NCBI GenBank assembly: GCA_035650735.1
Contig: DASRGZ010000131.1
Coordinates: forward strand, 1 to 39,203
Reading direction: 5' to 3'
Origin: Chthonomonadaceae bacterium
GTDB lineage: Bacteria > Armatimonadota > Chthonomonadetes > Chthonomonadales > Chthonomonadaceae
DNA: 39,203 nucleotides
Shown: piece after piece, positions 35,914 through 39,203 of the stretch
Position numbering within the stretch: the first letter of the stretch is position 1
Layout of the letters: each line of letters starts with the position of its first letter
Program-made: the position numbers and the translations under genes
The notes under the pieces: model-generated
The model's input: only the letters and a program-made list of their open reading frames with translations
What the model was told of the DNA's origin: nothing
Database searches by the model: none

Positions 35914-37352
35914 CGACAGGGGAGGCTCAGATCGGGAAGGACGGACGGGCTGTGCTGCCCTCCTTACCGGAAGTCTATCGCAGTGTGCGCGTGCCCATAC
36001 GGGTGGGCTGGCTGCGCCGGTTCCTGGCGTTTGCCGGGCCGGGCTACCTGGTCAGTGTCGGCTACATGGACCCCGGCAACTGGGCGACCGACCTGGCCGG
36101 CGGCTCCAAGTTCGGCTATACGCTGCTCTGGGTTATTCTCGTCTCGAACTTGATGGCGCAACTGCTTCAAACGCTCTGCGCGCGGCTGGGGCTGGTCACC
36201 GGGCGCGATCTGGCGCAGGCGTGCCGCGACTACTACAAGCGGCCTGCCGCCATCGCCCTCTGGCTGCTCTGCGAGATCGCCATCATCGCCTGCGACTTAG
36301 CGGAGGTCATTGGCTCTGCCGTCGCCCTGAATCTGTTGTTTGGACTCCCGTTGGTCTGGGGCGTGCTGATTACCGGCGCGGACGTCTTGATGCTGCTGGG
36401 CCTGATGCGCTACGGCTTCCGCATGCTGGAGGCCATTGTTATCACGCTGGTCACTACCATTGCCGCCTGTTTTGCGGCGACGATCTTTATGGCGCATCCC
36501 GATTGGGGCGGGGTCGCCGCCGGGCTGTTCACGCCGCGCCTGCCGAACCTGGAAGCCCTCTATATCTCGCTGGGCATTCTGGGCGCGACGGTCATGCCGC
36601 ACAACCTGTACTTGCACTCCTCTATCGTGCAGACCCGCGCCCACGACCGCACACCGGAGGGGCTGCGGCAGGCCATTCGCAACAACACCGCCGATACTAT
36701 CCTGGCGCTGAGTGCTGCTTTCTTCGTCAACGCCGCGATTTTAGTGCTGGCGGCGGCGGTCTTCCACCGGACTGGGATCGTCGTGGAGGAGCTGCAGCAG
36801 GCGCATTCCCTGCTGGCGCCGCTGCTCGGCGGGTCGGCGGCGACCCTGTTTGCCGTAGCGCTGCTGGCTTCTGGGCAGTCGTCCACTATCACCGGCACGC
36901 TGGCCGGGCAGATTGTGATGGAGGGCTTCCTGAATATTCGGATCAAGCCCTGGCTGCGCCGCCTGATAACCCGCAGCCTCGCCGTCGTCCCGGCCATCTT
37001 TATGATCTCTGCCAGAGGCGGCAAAGGAACGGTAGAACTGTTAGTGCTGTCGCAGGTCGTCCTTTCGATGCAGCTTTCGTTCGCCATCTTTCCGCTGCTG
37101 GTGTTCACCTCCGATAAGCGGAAAATGGGCGAGTTCGCCAACCCGCTCTGGCTGAAGCTGACCGGCTACGTGGTCTGCTACATCATCGCCGGGCTAAACG
37201 TTTACCTGCTCGTTCAGACGGCGTATGAGCACTTCCAGATGCGCGGTGTCCTCCTGTTGGGCATGCTGGCGGCGCTGGCGCTTGGCTTTGCGCTCTGGGT
37301 GAAGTTCGGCTACAAAGAGCGGGCGCCCGTTCCTGAAAGCGTAACAGTATGA
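35910..37352 (+). CDS. mntH: Nramp-family Mn2+/Fe2+ transporter
   Basis: GYMDPGNW, GATVMPHNLYLHS and GQSSTITGTLAGQIVMEGF. Confidence 0.96.
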   Translation: MTTGEAQIGKDGRAVLPSLPEVYRSVRVPIRVGWLRRFLAFAGPGYLVSVGYMDPGNWATDLAGGSKFGYTLLWVILVSNLMAQLLQTLCARLGLVTGRDLAQACRDYYKRPAAIALWLLCEIAIIACDLAEVIGSAVALNLLFGLPLVWGVLITGADVLMLLGLMRYGFRMLEAIVITLVTTIAACFAATIFMAHPDWGGVAAGLFTPRLPNLEALYISLGILGATVMPHNLYLHSSIVQTRAHDRTPEGLRQAIRNNTADTILALSAAFFVNAAILVLAAAVFHRTGIVVEELQQAHSLLAPLLGGSAATLFAVALLASGQSSTITGTLAGQIVMEGFLNIRIKPWLRRLITRSLAVVPAIFMISARGGKGTVELLVLSQVVLSMQLSFAIFPLLVFTSDKRKMGEFANPLWLKLTGYVVCYIIAGLNVYLLVQTAYEHFQMRGVLLLGMLAALALGFALWVKFGYKERAPVPESVTV

Positions 37353-37401
37353 GGCGAATGAGGGAAGGGGAACGAGAAGCTAAGTCAAACGGGAGAAGAG
37401 G

Positions 37402-37896
37402 ATGCAGCCGTTGGTCGGTGTGATCATGGGATCAAGGTCGGATTGGGAGACGATGGCGCACGCCGCGCAGACCCTCGAAGAATTGGGCGTGCCCTACGAG
37501 GTGCGCGTGGTGTCGGCGCACCGCACGCCCGACCTGCTCTTTGAGTACGCGGCGGAGGCAGAAAGCCGGGGATTGGAAGTGATCATTGCCGGGGCAGGCG
37601 GAGCGGCCCACCTGCCGGGCATGGCGGCATCCAAAACGACCCTGCCGGTGCTGGGCGTTCCGGTGCAATCCAGAGCCTTGAACGGCCTGGACTCGCTGCT
37701 CTCCATTGTGCAGATGCCCGCTGGTATCCCGGTCGGAACGCTGGCTATCGGCAGAGCGGGCGCGATCAACGCGGCGCTGCTGGCGGCAGCCATCCTGGGC
37801 AGCAAGTATCCGGAGTTTCGGGAGGCCCTGCATCGCTATCGCGCGGCGCAGACGCGGACTGTCCTGGACCATCCTGATCCGAGGGAAGAAGCATGA
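37402..37896 (+). CDS. purE: N5-CAIR mutase
   Basis: [27 protein letters not shown] and [11 protein letters not shown]. Confidence 0.97.
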   Translation: MQPLVGVIMGSRSDWETMAHAAQTLEELGVPYEVRVVSAHRTPDLLFEYAAEAESRGLEVIIAGAGGAAHLPGMAASKTTLPVLGVPVQSRALNGLDSLLSIVQMPAGIPVGTLAIGRAGAINAALLAAAILGSKYPEFREALHRYRAAQTRTVLDHPDPREEA

Positions 37897-38981
37897 TCGT
37901 CGGCGTACTGGGCGGCGGGCAACTGGGCCGCATGCTGGCTTTGGCGGGCTATCCGCTGGGCCTGCGCTTCCGCTTTCTTGATCCATCGCCGGAGGCTCCT
38001 GCCGGGCACCTGGCCCCGTGCCTTACCGGCAACTATGACGACCAGGAGGCATTGGAGAGCTTTACGTCGGGCCTGAGCGTAGTCACCTATGAGTTTGAGA
38101 ACGTCCCGGCCTCTTCCGTGGGCTTCCTGGCCGAACGCCTCCCCGTCTATCCGCCCCCGGAAGCTCTGGAGGTCGCGCAAGACCGCCTGAGCGAGAAGAC
38201 CCTCTTCCGGAAGCTCGGCATTCCGGTACCTCCCTTCGCCCCAATAGATACGCCCGAAGACCTCCAAAGCGCCCTGGAGCGCATCGGCCTGCCCGCCGTG
38301 CTCAAGACGCGCCGCTTCGGCTACGACGGCAAGGGGCAGGTGGTGCTGCACCGGCCAGAGGACGCCGCGCCCGCCCTGCACGCCCTCGGCGGCAGGAACC
38401 TGATCCTGGAGGGCTTCGTCGCCTTCGAGCGGGAGGTATCCATTCTGGCGGCGCGAGGCCGTTCCGGCGCCACCGTCTTCTATCCGCTGGTGGAGAACCA
38501 GCACGCGGGCGGGATTTTGCGGATCTCCCTGGCACCGGCCCCCAACCTCACGCCCGAACTTCAAGCTCAGGCGCAGGACTATGCGGCGCGCGTACTGGAA
38601 GCGCTCGATTACGTGGGCGTCCTCGCCATTGAGCTTTTCCAGCGGGAGGGACAACTGCTCGCCAACGAGATGGCCCCGCGCGTCCACAACTCCGGCCACT
38701 GGACGATTGAGGGCGCCGAGACGAGCCAGTTTGAGAACCACCTGCGCGCCGTGCAGGGCCTGCCGCTCGGCTCGACGGCGGCGCGTGGGCACGCCGCTAT
38801 GCTCAACCTCATCGGCACGACGCCGGAGCCCGCCGCCGTCCTCGCCGTGCCCAACGCCCACCTGCACCTTTACGGCAAATCGCCCCGCCCCGGACGCAAA
38901 TTGGGTCACGTCACCCTGCGCGCCGACGACCCCGCCTCGCTGGAGGCGCACCTGACCGAACTGCGCCGCCTGATTCCCTGA
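37893..38981 (+). CDS. purK: N5-CAIR synthase
   Basis: [41 protein letters not shown] and GRKLGHV. Confidence 0.97.
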   Translation: MIVGVLGGGQLGRMLALAGYPLGLRFRFLDPSPEAPAGHLAPCLTGNYDDQEALESFTSGLSVVTYEFENVPASSVGFLAERLPVYPPPEALEVAQDRLSEKTLFRKLGIPVPPFAPIDTPEDLQSALERIGLPAVLKTRRFGYDGKGQVVLHRPEDAAPALHALGGRNLILEGFVAFEREVSILAARGRSGATVFYPLVENQHAGGILRISLAPAPNLTPELQAQAQDYAARVLEALDYVGVLAIELFQREGQLLANEMAPRVHNSGHWTIEGAETSQFENHLRAVQGLPLGSTAARGHAAMLNLIGTTPEPAAVLAVPNAHLHLYGKSPRPGRKLGHVTLRADDPASLEAHLTELRRLIP

Positions 38982-38989
38982 GGCAAGTG

Positions 38990-39203
38990 GCCCCCACCCC
39001 CTTACCCCTCCCCCAAGAACAGGGGAGGGGAGAGGAGAAGCCAGTATTCTCTCTGCCCGCGTAGGTGTCGCCAGGCGGAGGGCTGTGGCAAGGCGGAGGC
39101 AGGGGCCCTAACCCTGCCGACGGCCAGTATTCGCAATCCTTCCACCTTGATGTTGATGTCGCAAGGCGGAGGCAGAGGCCGTAACCCTGCCGACCCTGGC
39201 AGT
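38990..39203. repeat. REP-like hairpin plus two reverse copies of the ACTGCCAGGGTCGGCAGGG family
   Basis: CCCTCCCC..GGGGAGGG hairpin; 39073-39121 matches 16567-16615; a second partial copy at 39162-39203. Confidence 0.75.

Noticed and set aside
866..38955. Many long overlapping alternative-frame and antisense ORFs (for example 866-1891, 3864-4811, 14553-15614, 30120-31241, 37836-38951)
   Set aside because: They are shadow ORFs typical of high-GC coding DNA, with no motifs, overlapping well-supported genes.

Overview
This is a GC-rich bacterial window. Gene styles tentatively suggest an Armatimonadota-like diderm, which is an inference. From left to right it holds: (1) a small hypothetical gene and terminator; (2) a type IV pilus/type II secretion-like operon (PilM, PilN, PilO-like, PilP-like, secretin, PilB/GspE, PilC/GspF, a GspG-like major pilin and three minor pilins) with candidate sigma28 promoters; (3) a c-di-GMP block (GAF-HD-GYP, an unusual chemoreceptor-GGDEF fusion, a second GAF-HD-GYP); (4) a minus-strand RiPP cassette encoding an RRE/PqqD protein, a lasso B2-type leader peptidase, an HPr-kinase-like kinase and an NTP_transf_5 nucleotidyltransferase, but no lasso cyclase; (5) a nonsense-interrupted nucleotidyltransferase, two paralogous 7xCxxCH cytochrome lipoproteins, a secreted protein and an RHH-like protein; (6) sugar and sugar-acid catabolic genes; (7) mntR-mntH with promoter and operator; (8) purE-purK. 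The top finding is in block 4. An unannotated 28-aa ORF (21391-21477, minus; MPVKKAYVKPRLKRLGLLRQLTR|FSVPQ) heads the cassette. It carries a textbook lasso leader but only a 5-residue core that cannot form a lasso, suggesting a cyclase-free, linear phospho/nucleotidyl-peptide RiPP. Intergenic spaces carry several families of REP/MITE-like palindromes, some nested inside one another.
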